The notes: generated from the letters alone by a model not told the origin. 64,000 nucleotides of DNA from Escherichia coli (GCF_041886205.1 NZ_CP169029.1); one strand, 5' to 3'; shown: positions 1 to 11,919, numbered from the stretch's first letter. Translations and numbers: made by a program.

Positions 1-471
1 AAACCAGGCGTGGCTTAAAACATGTAATTCGGGATTGTTATGCGTCGCAGCATTGACCAGCGGTAACCACTCATCACCAGTGATAATGGCTGCGGGCTGG
101 CAACTTGCCAGTAAACCCTGCAGTTTGGCGCTCCAGGAATCCCGCTGACCGACGCCCATTGGAATCGCCAACGGGACGGCGACTAAGCCGGCATACTGGC
201 AGGCAAAAAAAGCCTCTACGAACCCGCTACTGGTTTCGGCAATCAGCGCCACGCGATCGCCTTTTTTCAGGTTCAGCGATAACAACCGCTTCGCACCAGC
301 TTCGGCACGCGCTTTTAACGTCTGATATTCCAGTTGATCTTCAAGTTGGCAACGTCTGTCATAAAAATTCATTCCATCGCTACTCAGAGCGGCGTAGTCC
401 AAAGCATCAACCAGCGTTGGAAAATCGGCATAGCGCATAGGTAGGGAATGCGTAAAGATTTTATTAGACAT
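1..471 (-). CDS. AMP-dependent synthetase/ligase (acyl-AMP ligase-like), N-terminal part; gene continues beyond window start
   Basis: Reverse-strand translation from ATG at 469-471 reads MSNKIFTHSLPMRYADFPTLVDALDY... with an AMP-binding enzyme N-terminal signature; open to the window edge. The plus-strand ORF 105-440 is its antisense artefact. Confidence 0.6.
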   Translation of the reverse strand, partial: MSNKIFTHSLPMRYADFPTLVDALDYAALSSDGMNFYDRRCQLEDQLEYQTLKARAEAGAKRLLSLNLKKGDRVALIAETSSGFVEAFFACQYAGLVAVPLAIPMGVGQRDSWSAKLQGLLASCQPAAIITGDEWLPLVNAATHNNPELHVLSHAWF

Positions 472-842
472 ATACACCACGAAAAAATTGGATATCAAAA
501 ATAAAATGACAATAATGCGGTGGATTATATAGGCATAAAAGATAAATGAGATAGTATTTTCATCAGTGTGAAAATGAACATTGATTTATATAATGAGTTT
601 GAGTTTTTTTGTTTTTATTGTGAATGATATTTAATTTATGAATATATTAAGAAGAAGCCTTGTCCGGTCGCCTTAAATCGACAAAAGGCATTGTGGCGCT
701 TCTGTGTAGTCGCTGACCCTATCGTAATCATTAATAAATACTATTTATTCGTCGTTTGTATCCATTGGGTTGATTATTAAGGTGCCGTTCGTTGCTGTTG
801 CAACCTGTTTGTCACCGTTAATTATTTGTTACCCACAGAACT

Positions 843-1985
843 ATGGAATGCGATCTGCTGATGATTAAAATTGAAAAAGTAATTAATAAAAATGACCTTA
901 AGGCATTTATCGCTTTTCCGTCATCACTTTATCCCGACGATCCAAACTGGATACCCCCTTTATTCATTGAACGCAACGAGCATTTGTCTGCGAAAAATCC
1001 GGGGACGGACCATATCATCTGGCAGGCGTGGGTGGCAAAAAAAGCGGGGCAGATAGTTGGGCGTATTACCGCGCAAATAGATACCTTGCACCGCGAGCGT
1101 TACGGCAAAGATACCGGTCATTTCGGCATGATTGACGCCATTGATGATCCGCAGGTTTTTGCCGCGTTGTTTGGCGCAGCGGAAGCGTGGTTGAAGTCAC
1201 AAGGTGCAAGTAAGATCAGCGGTCCTTTCAGCCTGAATATCAATCAGGAAAGCGGATTACTGATTGAAGGTTTCGATACACCACCCTGTGCGATGATGCC
1301 GCACGGTAAACCGTGGTATGCCGCGCATATTGAACAATTGGGTTATCACAAAGGCATTGATTTACTGGCGTGGTGGATGCAGCGAACCGATCTCACTTTC
1401 TCTCCGGCGCTAAAAAAACTGATGGATCAGGTGCGTAAGAAGGTGACCATTCGCTGCATCAATCGCCAGCGGTTTGCCGAAGAGATGCAGATCCTGCGTG
1501 AGATTTTCAACTCTGGCTGGCAGCACAACTGGGGATTTGTGCCGTTTACCGAACATGAATTCGCGACCATGGGCGATCAACTTAAATATCTGGTGCCGGA
1601 CGATATGATCTACATCGCTGAGATTGATTCTGCACCCTGCGCGTTTATTGTCGGCTTGCCAAACATCAACGAGGCGATTGCCGATCTGAACGGATCGCTC
1701 TTTCCCTTCGGCTGGGCAAAATTGCTGTGGCGTTTGAAAGTCAGCGGTGTGCGAACTGCGCGAGTGCCGCTGATGGGCGTGCGGGACGAGTATCAGTTCA
1801 GCCGCATCGGCCCGGTGATTGCGCTGTTATTGATTGAAGCCTTACGCGATCCGTTTGCCCGCCGGAAGATCGATGCGCTGGAGATGTCATGGCTCCTCGA
1901 AACCAATACAGGCATGAATAACATGCTGGAACGCATTGGGGCAGAGCCGTACAAGCGTTACCGATTGTATGAAAAGCAAATTTAA
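843..1985 (+). CDS. yghO: YghO-like protein (acyltransferase-like), 380 aa
   Basis: Long ORF convergent with glcC, in the position yghO occupies next to glcC in E. coli; apparently intact here. Start codon uncertain. Confidence 0.6.
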   Translation: MECDLLMIKIEKVINKNDLKAFIAFPSSLYPDDPNWIPPLFIERNEHLSAKNPGTDHIIWQAWVAKKAGQIVGRITAQIDTLHRERYGKDTGHFGMIDAIDDPQVFAALFGAAEAWLKSQGASKISGPFSLNINQESGLLIEGFDTPPCAMMPHGKPWYAAHIEQLGYHKGIDLLAWWMQRTDLTFSPALKKLMDQVRKKVTIRCINRQRFAEEMQILREIFNSGWQHNWGFVPFTEHEFATMGDQLKYLVPDDMIYIAEIDSAPCAFIVGLPNINEAIADLNGSLFPFGWAKLLWRLKVSGVRTARVPLMGVRDEYQFSRIGPVIALLLIEALRDPFARRKIDALEMSWLLETNTGMNNMLERIGAEPYKRYRLYEKQI

Positions 1986-2061
1986 TACCAGATCCTGTTA
2001 AGCGCAGGGGCGGTCCCATCGCCCCTCGGGGAAAGGGTTAGGGTGAGGGGGAAAACTCTGC

Positions 2062-2832
2062 TCACATTCCCACCTTGTTCATCTCCAGCGGCACCGCCGA
2101 GCGAATCAAATGGTGGCCTTCCAGCTCGATATCGTGGAGATTCTTTTTCACGGTCCGCACATGATCGCGTGCTGCGCGCTGGGCGACGTGCGGCAGCCGC
2201 TGCAACACCGCGTTGTAGATCCGCGCATGCTGGCGATCGATCTGCTTTTTTTGCTGTGGTCGATGGTAGAGATTATTTACGCTGGCAAACACTGAATTAA
2301 ACATCAGATCGGTCAATGATTGCAGCGTAAACACCAGCACCTGATTGTGAGAAGCCTGACAAATGGCGAGATGGAAAGCGTGATCCAACTGAGCATGTTC
2401 GATCAGCGAAATCTCTTTGTTGTTCTCACTGGCGGCGAGCATTTTTTCATAACAGCGGGTTATCACAACAAAATCAGCCTGGGTTCCCAGCGTTGCCGCA
2501 AGCCTTGCCGATTCGCCCTCCAGCAATGCGCGAACGTCGAGCAGATCGTACAGCGTTCGCGGCTGCGTGCTGAACAGATGAATTAGCGGGCTGGTGTCCT
2601 GCACCCGATTAAGCCGTGCGACACGAGAATCGCGACCCTGCGCTGTTTCAATAATCCCGCGCCCGCGCAGCACGGTCAGTCCTTCACGCAGTGCGGAGCG
2701 TGAGAAGCCGAGCTTTTCACACAGTCGACGTTCCGAGGGAAGCGGCTGACCGACCTTCAGTACGCCGTCGATAATTAACCGTTCGATACTCTCTGCAACC
2801 ACTTCGCAAATAGGGCGACGTTCATCTTTCAT
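2062..2832 (-). CDS. glcC: GntR-family transcriptional activator of the glycolate operon
   Basis: Translation MKDERRPICEVVAESIERLIIDGVLKVGQPLPSERRLCEKLGFSRSALREGL... (GntR HTH plus FCD domain); divergent from glcD. Start set at MKDE rather than the upstream alternative start of the ORF track. Confidence 0.9.
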   Translation of the reverse strand: MKDERRPICEVVAESIERLIIDGVLKVGQPLPSERRLCEKLGFSRSALREGLTVLRGRGIIETAQGRDSRVARLNRVQDTSPLIHLFSTQPRTLYDLLDVRALLEGESARLAATLGTQADFVVITRCYEKMLAASENNKEISLIEHAQLDHAFHLAICQASHNQVLVFTLQSLTDLMFNSVFASVNNLYHRPQQKKQIDRQHARIYNAVLQRLPHVAQRAARDHVRTVKKNLHDIELEGHHLIRSAVPLEMNKVGM

Positions 2833-3082
2833 TCCCGGACCTCGTACACAGGTAGGACCAATTTTTCTGTTCTTAACTCGCAAAACACGCACATCACGCA
2901 AGTGATTATGTTACATCGATTTAACATTAAGTTAACCAAGACAAGGTCACAGAGCTGGAAAAAAAATGGTCTGACCGGTAGCTAAAGAGATAGACGAAAA
3001 CGAAAAGCCCGCTTAATAACTGTTCACAGAAGCAGCGCGCAAAAATCAGCTGCCACACAACACAACAAAGCGAAGCCTACTC
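2833..3082. promoter_or_regulatory. Divergent glcC / glcD intergenic control region
   Basis: 250-bp non-coding gap between divergently transcribed glcC and glcD; position only, no motifs mapped. Confidence 0.5.
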
Positions 3083-4582
3083 ATGAGCATCTTGTACGAA
3101 GAGCGTCTTGATGGCGCTTTACCCGATGTCGACCGCACATCGGTACTGATGGCACTGCGTGAGCATGTCCCTGGACTTGAGATCCTGCATACCGATGAGG
3201 AGATCATTCCTTACGAGTGTGACGGGTTGAGCGCGTATCGCACGCGTCCATTACTGGTTGTTCTGCCTAAGCAGATGGAACAGGTGACAGCGATTCTGGC
3301 TGTCTGCCATCGCCTGCGTGTACCGGTGGTGACCCGTGGTGCAGGCACCGGGCTTTCTGGTGGCGCGCTGCCGCTGGAAAAAGGTGTGTTGTTGGTGATG
3401 GCGCGCTTTAAAGAGATCCTCGACATTAACCCCGTTGGTCGCCGCGCGCGCGTGCAGCCAGGCGTGCGTAACCTGGCGATCTCCCAGGCCGTTGCACCGC
3501 ATAATCTCTACTACGCACCGGACCCTTCCTCACAAATCGCCTGTTCCATTGGCGGCAACGTGGCAGAAAATGCCGGCGGCGTCCACTGCCTGAAATATGG
3601 TCTGACCGTACATAACCTGCTGAAAATTGAAGTGCAAACGCTGGACGGCGAGGCGCTGACGCTGGGATCGGACGCGCTGGATTCACCTGGTTTTGACCTG
3701 CTGGCGCTGTTCACCGGATCGGAAGGTATGCTCGGCGTGACCACCGAAGTGACGGTAAAACTGCTGCCGAAGCCGCCCGTGGCGCGGGTTCTGTTAGCCA
3801 GCTTTGACTCGGTAGAAAAAGCCGGACTTGCAGTTGGTGACATCATCGCCAATGGCATTATCCCCGGCGGGCTGGAGATGATGGATAACCTGTCGATCCG
3901 CGCGGCGGAAGATTTTATTCATGCCGGTTATCCCGTCGACGCCGAAGCAATTTTGTTATGCGAGCTGGACGGCGTGGAGTCTGACGTACAGGAAGACTGC
4001 GAGCGGGTTAACGACATCTTGTTGAAAGCGGGCGCGACTGACGTCCGTCTGGCACAGGACGAAGCAGAGCGCGTACGTTTCTGGGCCGGTCGCAAAAATG
4101 CGTTCCCGGCGGTAGGACGTATCTCCCCGGATTACTACTGCATGGATGGCACCATCCCGCGTCGCGCCCTGCCTGGCGTACTGGAAGGCATTGCCCGTTT
4201 ATCGCAGCAATATGATTTACGTGTTGCCAACGTCTTTCATGCCGGAGATGGCAACATGCACCCGTTAATCCTTTTCGATGCCAACGAACCCGGTGAATTT
4301 GCCCGCGCGGAAGAGCTGGGTGGGAAGATCCTCGAACTCTGCGTTGAAGTTGGCGGCAGCATCAGTGGGGAACATGGCATCGGGCGAGAAAAAATCAATC
4401 AAATGTGCGCCCAGTTCAACATCGATGAAATCACGACCTTCCATGCGGTCAAGGCGGCGTTTGACCCCGATGGTTTGCTGAACCCTGGGAAAAACATTCC
4501 CACGCTACACCGCTGTGCTGAATTTGGTGCCATGCATGTGCATCACGGTCATTTACCTTTCCCTGAACTGGAGCGTTTCTGA
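3083..4582 (+). CDS. glcD: Glycolate oxidase FAD-binding subunit
   Basis: 499-aa ORF, FAD-binding PCMH-type oxidase sequence (TRGAGTGLSGGALP); first gene of operon. Confidence 0.95.
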   Translation: MSILYEERLDGALPDVDRTSVLMALREHVPGLEILHTDEEIIPYECDGLSAYRTRPLLVVLPKQMEQVTAILAVCHRLRVPVVTRGAGTGLSGGALPLEKGVLLVMARFKEILDINPVGRRARVQPGVRNLAISQAVAPHNLYYAPDPSSQIACSIGGNVAENAGGVHCLKYGLTVHNLLKIEVQTLDGEALTLGSDALDSPGFDLLALFTGSEGMLGVTTEVTVKLLPKPPVARVLLASFDSVEKAGLAVGDIIANGIIPGGLEMMDNLSIRAAEDFIHAGYPVDAEAILLCELDGVESDVQEDCERVNDILLKAGATDVRLAQDEAERVRFWAGRKNAFPAVGRISPDYYCMDGTIPRRALPGVLEGIARLSQQYDLRVANVFHAGDGNMHPLILFDANEPGEFARAEELGGKILELCVEVGGSISGEHGIGREKINQMCAQFNIDEITTFHAVKAAFDPDGLLNPGKNIPTLHRCAEFGAMHVHHGHLPFPELERF

Positions 4583-5634
4583 TGCTACGCGAGTGTGATT
4601 ACAGCCAGGCGCTGCTGGAGCAGGTGAATCAGGCAATTAGCGATAAAACGCCGCTGGTGATTCAGGGCAGCAATAGCAAAGCCTTTTTAGGTCGCCCTGT
4701 CACCGGGCAAACGCTGGATGTGCGTTGTCATCGCGGCATTGTTAATTACGACCCGACCGAGCTGGTGATAACCGCGCGTGCCGGAACGCCGCTGGTGGCG
4801 ATTGAAGCGGCGCTGGAGAGCGCCGGGCAAATGCTCCCCTGCGAGCCGCCGCATTATGGTGAAGAAGCCACCTGGGGCGGGATGGTCGCCTGCGGGCTGG
4901 CGGGGCCGCGTCGCCCGTGGAGCGGTTCGGTCCGCGATTTTGTCCTCGGCACGCGCATCATTACCGGCGCTGGAAAACATCTGCGTTTTGGTGGCGAAGT
5001 GATGAAAAACGTTGCCGGATACGATCTCTCACGGTTAATGGCCGGAAGCTACGGTTGTCTTGGCGTGCTCACTGAAATCTCGATGAAAGTGTTACCGCGA
5101 CCGCGCGCCTCCCTGAGCCTGCGTCGGGAAATCAGCCTGCAAGAAGCCATGAACGAAATCGCCCAGTGGCAACTCCAGCCGCTACCCATTAGTGGCTTAT
5201 GTTACTTCGACAATGCGTTGTGGATCCGCCTTGAGGGCGGCGAAGGATCGGTAAAAGCGGCGCGTGAACTGCTGGGGGGCGAAGAGGTTGCCGGTCAGTT
5301 CTGGCAGCAATTGCGTGAACAACAACTGCCGTTCTTCTCGTTACCAGGTACCTTATGGCGCATTTCATTACCCAGCGATGCGCCGATGATGGATTTACCC
5401 GGCGAGCTACTGATCGACTGGGGCGGAGCGTTACGCTGGCTGAAATCGACAGCCGAGGACAATCAAATCCATCGCATCGCCCGCAACGCTGGCGGTCATG
5501 CGACCCGCTTTAGTGCCGGAGATGGTGGCTTTGCCCCGCTATCGGCTCCTTTATTCCGCTATCACCAGCAGCTTAAACAGCAGCTCGACCCTTGCGGCGT
5601 GTTTAACCCCGGTCGCATGTACGCGGAACTTTGA
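4582..5634 (+). CDS. glcE: Glycolate oxidase FAD-binding subunit
   Basis: 350-aa ORF; ATG overlaps the glcD stop (translational coupling). Confidence 0.93.
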   Translation: MLRECDYSQALLEQVNQAISDKTPLVIQGSNSKAFLGRPVTGQTLDVRCHRGIVNYDPTELVITARAGTPLVAIEAALESAGQMLPCEPPHYGEEATWGGMVACGLAGPRRPWSGSVRDFVLGTRIITGAGKHLRFGGEVMKNVAGYDLSRLMAGSYGCLGVLTEISMKVLPRPRASLSLRREISLQEAMNEIAQWQLQPLPISGLCYFDNALWIRLEGGEGSVKAARELLGGEEVAGQFWQQLREQQLPFFSLPGTLWRISLPSDAPMMDLPGELLIDWGGALRWLKSTAEDNQIHRIARNAGGHATRFSAGDGGFAPLSAPLFRYHQQLKQQLDPCGVFNPGRMYAEL

Positions 5635-5644
5635 GGAGCAGGCT

Positions 5645-6868
5645 ATGCAAACCCAATTAACTGAAGAGATGCGGCAGAACGCGCGCGCGCTGGAAGCCGA
5701 CAGCATCCTGCGCGCCTGTGTTCACTGCGGATTTTGTACCGCAACCTGCCCAACCTATCAGCTTCTGGGCGATGAACTGGACGGGCCGCGTGGGCGCATC
5801 TATCTGATTAAACAGGTGCTGGAAGGCAACGAAGTCACGCTTAAAACACAGGAGCATCTCGATCGCTGCCTCACTTGCCGCAATTGTGAAACCACCTGTC
5901 CTTCTGGTGTGCGCTATCACAATTTGCTGGATATCGGGCGTGATATTGTCGAGCAGAAAGTGAAACGCCCACTGCCGGAGCGAATGCTGCGCGAAGGATT
6001 GCGCCAGGTAGTGCCGCGTCCGGCGGTCTTCCGTGCGCTGACGCAGGTAGGGCTGGTGCTGCGACCGTTTTTACCGGAACAGGTCAGAGCAAAACTGCCT
6101 GCTGAAACGGTGAAAGCTAAACCGCGTCCGCCGCTGCGCCATAAGCGTCGGGTTTTAATGCTGGAAGGCTGCGCCCAGCCTACGCTTTCGCCCAACACCA
6201 ACGCGGCAACTGCGCGAGTGCTGGATCGTCTGGGGATCAGCGTCATGTCAGCTAACGAAGCAGGCTGTTGTGGCGCGGTGGACTATCATCTTAATGCGCA
6301 GGAGAAAGGGCTGGCGCGGGCGCGCAATAATATTGATGCCTGGTGGCCCGCGATTGAAGCAGGTGCTGAGGCAATTTTGCAAACCGCCAGCGGTTGCGGC
6401 GCGTTTGTCAAAGAGTACGGGCAGATGCTGAAAAACGATGCGTTATATGCCGATAAAGCGCGTCAAGTCAGTGAACTGGCGGTCGATTTAGTCGAGCTTC
6501 TGCGCGAGGAACCGCTGGAAAAACTGGCAGTTCGCGGCGATAAAAAACTGGCCTTCCACTGCCCGTGTACCCTACAACATGCGCAAAAGCTGAACGGCGA
6601 AGTGGAAAAAGTGTTGCTTCGTCTTGGATTTACCTTAACGGACGTTCCCGACAGCCATCTGTGCTGCGGTTCAGCGGGAACATATGCGTTAACGCATCCC
6701 GATCTGGCACGCCAGCTGCGGGATAACAAAATGAATGCGCTGGAAAGCGGCAAACCGGAAATGATCGTCACCGCCAACATTGGTTGCCAGACGCATCTGG
6801 CGAGCGCCGGTCGTACCTCTGTGCGTCACTGGATTGAAATTGTAGAACAAGCCCTTGAAAAGGAATAA
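5645..6868 (+). CDS. glcF: Glycolate oxidase iron-sulfur subunit
   Basis: Start at ATG 5645 (MQTQLTEEMRQ...); two CxxCxxCxxxCP ferredoxin-like motifs (CVHCGFCTATCP, CLTCRNCETTCP). Confidence 0.93.
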   Translation: MQTQLTEEMRQNARALEADSILRACVHCGFCTATCPTYQLLGDELDGPRGRIYLIKQVLEGNEVTLKTQEHLDRCLTCRNCETTCPSGVRYHNLLDIGRDIVEQKVKRPLPERMLREGLRQVVPRPAVFRALTQVGLVLRPFLPEQVRAKLPAETVKAKPRPPLRHKRRVLMLEGCAQPTLSPNTNAATARVLDRLGISVMSANEAGCCGAVDYHLNAQEKGLARARNNIDAWWPAIEAGAEAILQTASGCGAFVKEYGQMLKNDALYADKARQVSELAVDLVELLREEPLEKLAVRGDKKLAFHCPCTLQHAQKLNGEVEKVLLRLGFTLTDVPDSHLCCGSAGTYALTHPDLARQLRDNKMNALESGKPEMIVTANIGCQTHLASAGRTSVRHWIEIVEQALEKE

Positions 6869-6872
6869 CAAA

Positions 6873-7277
6873 ATGAAAACTAAAGTCATTCTTAGCCAGC
6901 AAATGGCGAGTGCAATTATTGCCGCAGGTCAGGAAGAGGCGCAGAAAAATAACTGGTCTGTTTCCATTGCTGTTGCCGATGACGGCGGTCATCTGCTGGC
7001 GTTAAGTCGCATGGACGATTGCGCGCCGATTGCGGCTTACATCTCCCAGGAGAAAGCGCGTACCGCCGCGCTGGGGCGTCGTGAAACTAAGGGCTATGAA
7101 GAGATGGTGAACAACGGACGTACCGCGTTCGTGACTGCGCCGTTATTAACGTCGCTGGAAGGCGGCGTACCGGTTGTTGTTGATGGGCAAATTATTGGTG
7201 CCGTGGGCGTTTCTGGTTTAACCGGAGCACAGGATGCGCAGGTCGCGAAAGCGGCAGCAGCGGTGTTGGCGAAATAA
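6873..7277 (+). CDS. glcG: GlcG protein (haem-binding-like, DUF336)
   Basis: 134-aa ORF from MKTKVILSQQ between glcF and glcB. Confidence 0.88.
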   Translation: MKTKVILSQQMASAIIAAGQEEAQKNNWSVSIAVADDGGHLLALSRMDDCAPIAAYISQEKARTAALGRRETKGYEEMVNNGRTAFVTAPLLTSLEGGVPVVVDGQIIGAVGVSGLTGAQDAQVAKAAAAVLAK

Positions 7278-7298
7278 GCGAAAACGAGGAGATAAACA

Positions 7299-9470
7299 AT
7301 GAGTCAAACCATAACCCAGGGCCGTTTACGCATTGACGCCAATTTTAAACGTTTTGTGGATGAAGAAGTTTTACCGGGAACAGGGCTGGACGCTGCGGCG
7401 TTCTGGCGCAATTTTGATGAGATCGTTCACGATCTGGCACCAGAAAATCGTCAGTTGCTGGCAGAACGCGATCGCATTCAGGCGGCGCTTGATGAGTGGC
7501 ATCGCAGCAATCCGGGGCCGGTAAAAGATAAAGCGGCCTATAAATCTTTCCTGCGTGAACTGGGCTACCTGGTGCCGCAACCGGAGCGCGTGACGGTGGA
7601 AACCACGGGCATTGACAGCGAAATCACCAGTCAGGCGGGGCCACAGCTGGTGGTTCCGGCAATGAACGCCCGCTACGCGCTGAACGCGGCGAACGCTCGC
7701 TGGGGCTCACTGTACGATGCGTTATACGGCAGCGACATCATCCCGCAGGAAGGGGCGGTGGTCAGCGGCTACGATCCGCAACGCGGTGAGCAGGTTATCG
7801 CCTGGGTTCGGCGTTTCCTCGATGAATCTCTACCGCTGGAAAACGGCAGCTATCAGGATGTGGTGGCGTTTAAGGTGGTCGATAAACAATTACGCATCCA
7901 GTTGAAAAATGGTAAAGAAACCACGTTACGTACCCCGGCGCAGTTTGTCGGTTACCGTGGCGATGCCGCTGCGCTGACCTGCATTTTGCTGAAAAATAAC
8001 GGCCTGCATATTGAACTGCAAATTGATGCCAACGGGCGGATTGGCAAAGACGATCCGGCGCACATCAACGATGTTATCGTCGAAGCGGCCATCAGTACCA
8101 TTCTCGACTGCGAAGATTCGGTCGCGGCGGTTGATGCGGAAGATAAAATCCTGCTGTACCGCAATCTGCTGGGCCTGATGCAGGGGACTCTGCAAGAGAA
8201 AATGGAGAAAAACGGTCGACAAATCGTGCGTAAACTGAATGACGATCGTCATTACACCGCCGCCGATGGCTCTGAAATTTCTCTGCACGGACGCTCGCTG
8301 CTGTTTATCCGCAACGTGGGTCATTTGATGACCATTCCTGTGATTTGGGACAGCGAAGGCAATGAAATCCCGGAAGGCATTCTTGATGGCGTCATGACTG
8401 GCGCGATTGCCCTCTATGATTTAAAAGTGCAGAAAAACTCGCGCACTGGCAGCGTCTATATTGTGAAACCGAAAATGCACGGTCCGCAGGAAGTGGCGTT
8501 CGCCAACAAACTGTTTACCCGCATTGAGACAATGCTCGGTATGGCACCGAATACCCTGAAAATGGGCATTATGGATGAAGAACGTCGGACCTCGCTGAAC
8601 TTGCGTAGCTGTATCGCTCAGGCGCGCAACCGCGTGGCGTTCATCAATACCGGTTTCCTCGACCGTACCGGCGATGAAATGCATTCGGTGATGGAAGCTG
8701 GCCCGATGCTGCGTAAAAATCAGATGAAATCGACGCCGTGGATCAAAGCCTACGAGCGTAATAACGTGCTTTCCGGCCTGTTCTGTGGGCTGCGCGGTAA
8801 AGCGCAAATCGGTAAAGGCATGTGGGCAATGCCGGACCTGATGGCAGACATGTACAGCCAGAAGGGCGACCAACTGCGTGCCGGGGCAAACACAGCCTGG
8901 GTTCCGTCACCAACCGCTGCTACGCTCCATGCGCTGCACTACCACCAAACCAACGTACAGAGCGTGCAAGCCAACATTGCCCAGACCGAGTTTAATGCTG
9001 AATTTGAACCGCTGCTGGACGATCTGCTGACTATTCCGGTTGCTGAAAACGCTAACTGGTCGGCGCAAGAGATCCAACAAGAGCTGGATAACAACGTGCA
9101 GGGGATTCTGGGGTACGTGGTGCGCTGGGTGGAGCAGGGGATTGGTTGTTCAAAAGTGCCGGATATTCACAATGTGGCGCTGATGGAAGACCGCGCAACG
9201 CTGCGTATCTCCAGCCAGCATATCGCCAACTGGTTACGTCACGGTATTCTGACCAAAGAACAGGTGCAGGCGTCGCTGGAGAATATGGCGAAAGTGGTTG
9301 ATCAGCAAAACGCTGGCGATCCGGCTTACCGTCCGATGGCGGGGAATTTCGCTAACTCGTGTGCTTTTAAAGCTGCCAGCGATTTGATCTTCCTCGGCGT
9401 GAAACAGCCAAACGGTTATACCGAACCGTTATTACACGCCTGGCGTTTACGCGAAAAAGAAAGTCATTAA
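7299..9470 (+). CDS. glcB: Malate synthase G
   Basis: 723-aa ORF with canonical malate synthase G N-terminus [31 protein letters not shown]. Confidence 0.95.
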   Translation: MSQTITQGRLRIDANFKRFVDEEVLPGTGLDAAAFWRNFDEIVHDLAPENRQLLAERDRIQAALDEWHRSNPGPVKDKAAYKSFLRELGYLVPQPERVTVETTGIDSEITSQAGPQLVVPAMNARYALNAANARWGSLYDALYGSDIIPQEGAVVSGYDPQRGEQVIAWVRRFLDESLPLENGSYQDVVAFKVVDKQLRIQLKNGKETTLRTPAQFVGYRGDAAALTCILLKNNGLHIELQIDANGRIGKDDPAHINDVIVEAAISTILDCEDSVAAVDAEDKILLYRNLLGLMQGTLQEKMEKNGRQIVRKLNDDRHYTAADGSEISLHGRSLLFIRNVGHLMTIPVIWDSEGNEIPEGILDGVMTGAIALYDLKVQKNSRTGSVYIVKPKMHGPQEVAFANKLFTRIETMLGMAPNTLKMGIMDEERRTSLNLRSCIAQARNRVAFINTGFLDRTGDEMHSVMEAGPMLRKNQMKSTPWIKAYERNNVLSGLFCGLRGKAQIGKGMWAMPDLMADMYSQKGDQLRAGANTAWVPSPTAATLHALHYHQTNVQSVQANIAQTEFNAEFEPLLDDLLTIPVAENANWSAQEIQQELDNNVQGILGYVVRWVEQGIGCSKVPDIHNVALMEDRATLRISSQHIANWLRHGILTKEQVQASLENMAKVVDQQNAGDPAYRPMAGNFANSCAFKAASDLIFLGVKQPNGYTEPLLHAWRLREKESH

Positions 9471-9482
9471 TAGCGTCAAAAA

Positions 9483-9510
9483 AGCCCCGGCAAGTTTTAT
9501 TGTCGGGGCT
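9483..9510 (+). terminator. Hairpin after glcB (possible terminator or attenuator)
   Basis: Inverted repeat agccccg ... cggggct directly after the glcB stop; no clear T-run. Confidence 0.4.
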
Positions 9511-9824
9511 ATGATAGTAACTGCGGTAGTACATTTATCCCGGAAATAACCGGAGCGATTATCAGGGTTTAACAATATTAAATACCCGTAGCGCATTACT
9601 AGCGGGCCTAAAACAACAATATGGACATCTTAACGATACTCTGCGCCTGCGTGTGCGGAACAGAAACCCTTACCCGATATACTTGTTATGCCAGAGGTAG
9701 CAATTGCGTTAGCGGCGTACTGTTGCTGTAAAGTATAACGTCTATATTTTACAGTTCAGTCCTCTTTTGCTTATTACAACCTTAAGTATATCAAGCATAT
9801 AAAGATAATAAGAGACTGAACAAT

Positions 9825-11507
9825 ATGGTTACCTGGACCCAAATGTATATGCCAATGGGAGGACTGGGGCTATCCGCTCTGGTCGCCCTGATCCCGATAA
9901 TATTCTTCTTCGTTGCACTCGCGGTATTACGTCTGAAAGGACATGTCGCTGGAGCAATAACCCTTATATTATCTATCCTGATTGCAATATTCGCCTTTAA
10001 AATGCCGATTGATATGGCATTTGCTGCTGCGGGCTATGGCTTTATTTATGGATTATGGCCAATTGCGTGGATTATTGTCGCGGCGGTGTTCCTGTATAAA
10101 TTAACCGTTGCCAGCGGGCAGTTCGATATTATCCGCAGCTCGGTTATCTCCATCACCGACGATCAGCGTTTGCAGGTGTTACTGATTGGTTTCTCCTTTG
10201 GTGCGTTGCTGGAAGGAGCGGCTGGCTTTGGTGCTCCGGTGGCGATTACCGGTGCGCTGCTGGTGGGCCTGGGCTTCAAACCGTTATACGCGGCGGGGTT
10301 GTGTCTGATTGCCAACACTGCGCCAGTGGCGTTTGGTGCGTTGGGCGTGCCGATTCTGGTCGCCGGTCAGGTAACGGGAATCGATCCGTTCCACATTGGC
10401 GCAATGGCGGGACGCCAGTTACCGTTCCTGTCGGTTCTTGTGCCGTTCTGGCTGGTAGCAATGATGGACGGCTGGAAAGGGGTGAAAGAGACGTGGCCAG
10501 CGGCGCTGGTTGCTGGGGGAAGCTTTGCTGTCACTCAGTTCTTTACCTCTAACTATATTGGTCCGGAACTGCCGGATATTACTTCGGCGCTGGTGAGTAT
10601 CGTCTCACTCGCTTTATTCCTTAAAGTCTGGCGGCCGAAAAATACCGAAACGGCAATCAGCATGGGGCAATCCGCAGGTGCGATGGTGGTAAATAAGCCA
10701 TCTTCTGGCGGTCCCGTGCCTTCAGAATATAGTCTGGGGCAAATCATTCGTGCGTGGTCACCGTTTTTAATCTTAACGGTGCTGGTCACCATCTGGACCA
10801 TGAAGCCGTTTAAAGCGTTATTTGCTCCGGGCGGCGCGTTTTATTCACTGGTGATTAATTTCCAGATCCCTCATTTGCATCAACAAGTGTTGAAAGCGGC
10901 ACCCATTGTCGCCCAACCAACGCCAATGGATGCGGTGTTTAAATTCGACCCTCTCTCGGCTGGCGGCACCGCTATTTTTATTGCGGCGATTATCTCTATC
11001 TCCATCCTCGGTGTTGGGATCAAGAAAGGTATTGGCGTCTTTGCCGAAACGCTAATTAGCTTGAAGTGGCCGATACTGTCGATTGGCATGGTGCTGGCGT
11101 TCGCCTTCGTCACCAACTATTCTGGCATGTCCACCACGCTGGCGCTGGTACTGGCAGGTACAGGCGTGATGTTCCCGTTCTTCTCACCGTTTCTCGGCTG
11201 GCTGGGCGTATTCCTTACCGGCTCGGACACCTCCTCTAACGCCCTGTTTGGTTCACTGCAATCGACCACGGCGCAGCAAATCAACGTCTCTGACACTCTG
11301 CTGGTGGCAGCAAATACCAGCGGCGGCGTAACTGGCAAGATGATCTCCCCGCAATCTATCGCCGTGGCCTGCGCCGCGACGGGCATGGTGGGCCGGGAAT
11401 CTGAACTGTTCCGCTACACCGTGAAGCACAGTCTGATTTTTGCCAGCGTTATCGGCATTATCACGCTGTTGCAGGCGTATGTGTTTACCGGGATGTTGGT
11501 AAGTTAA
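9825..11507 (+). CDS. glcA: Glycolate/lactate permease (LctP family)
   Basis: 560-aa polytopic membrane protein directly downstream of glcB. Confidence 0.88.
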   Translation: MVTWTQMYMPMGGLGLSALVALIPIIFFFVALAVLRLKGHVAGAITLILSILIAIFAFKMPIDMAFAAAGYGFIYGLWPIAWIIVAAVFLYKLTVASGQFDIIRSSVISITDDQRLQVLLIGFSFGALLEGAAGFGAPVAITGALLVGLGFKPLYAAGLCLIANTAPVAFGALGVPILVAGQVTGIDPFHIGAMAGRQLPFLSVLVPFWLVAMMDGWKGVKETWPAALVAGGSFAVTQFFTSNYIGPELPDITSALVSIVSLALFLKVWRPKNTETAISMGQSAGAMVVNKPSSGGPVPSEYSLGQIIRAWSPFLILTVLVTIWTMKPFKALFAPGGAFYSLVINFQIPHLHQQVLKAAPIVAQPTPMDAVFKFDPLSAGGTAIFIAAIISISILGVGIKKGIGVFAETLISLKWPILSIGMVLAFAFVTNYSGMSTTLALVLAGTGVMFPFFSPFLGWLGVFLTGSDTSSNALFGSLQSTTAQQINVSDTLLVAANTSGGVTGKMISPQSIAVACAATGMVGRESELFRYTVKHSLIFASVIGIITLLQAYVFTGMLVS

Positions 11508-11534
11508 TAGAATAGTTATGCCTGACGTTAATAC

Positions 11535-11565
11535 AAACCCAGTCTATCAGACTGGGTTTGTTAGT
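11535..11565 (+). terminator. Rho-independent terminator after glcA
   Basis: Stem aaacccagtct / actgggttt with 5-nt loop, followed by T-rich tract. Confidence 0.65.
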
Positions 11566-11919
11566 ATTTCCGATATCAGACAGGGAAAATGCCTGGTCAG
11601 AAATGGGGCGTAATTCGGTTTTCTCAAAAAAGTAAAAAACGCCTTGTGGGCGGGGGATTATCTTACGACATGTAATTTGTTCCATACTTTTAAACTCCCC
11701 ATTGTTATGAAGTAAAGGCGTTATCTTTTTATCCGTTCAAACTTTAGCTCAAATTTGTAGCATGCAGATTCCGGTATTTTTCCTGATACCAGAAAAAAGT
11801 CACTGGAGGAAAGGTTGTGATAAAAATCACAAATTAAGTCAGGTTACTGGAGATAAAGTCTGCAACAGAGAATTATCGTAGTCTGTGTACCTCAACCAGT
11901 ATTTTAAAGGCTCTGTTAC

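Noticed and set aside
105..440. 111-aa plus-strand ORF at the window start
   Set aside because: Lies antisense to a well-supported AMP-dependent ligase reading frame on the minus strand; Arg/Pro-rich composition typical of GC-rich antisense artefacts.
7333..8873. Several 60-150-aa ORFs on both strands inside glcB
   Set aside because: Fully contained within the confidently identified malate synthase G gene; no independent signals.
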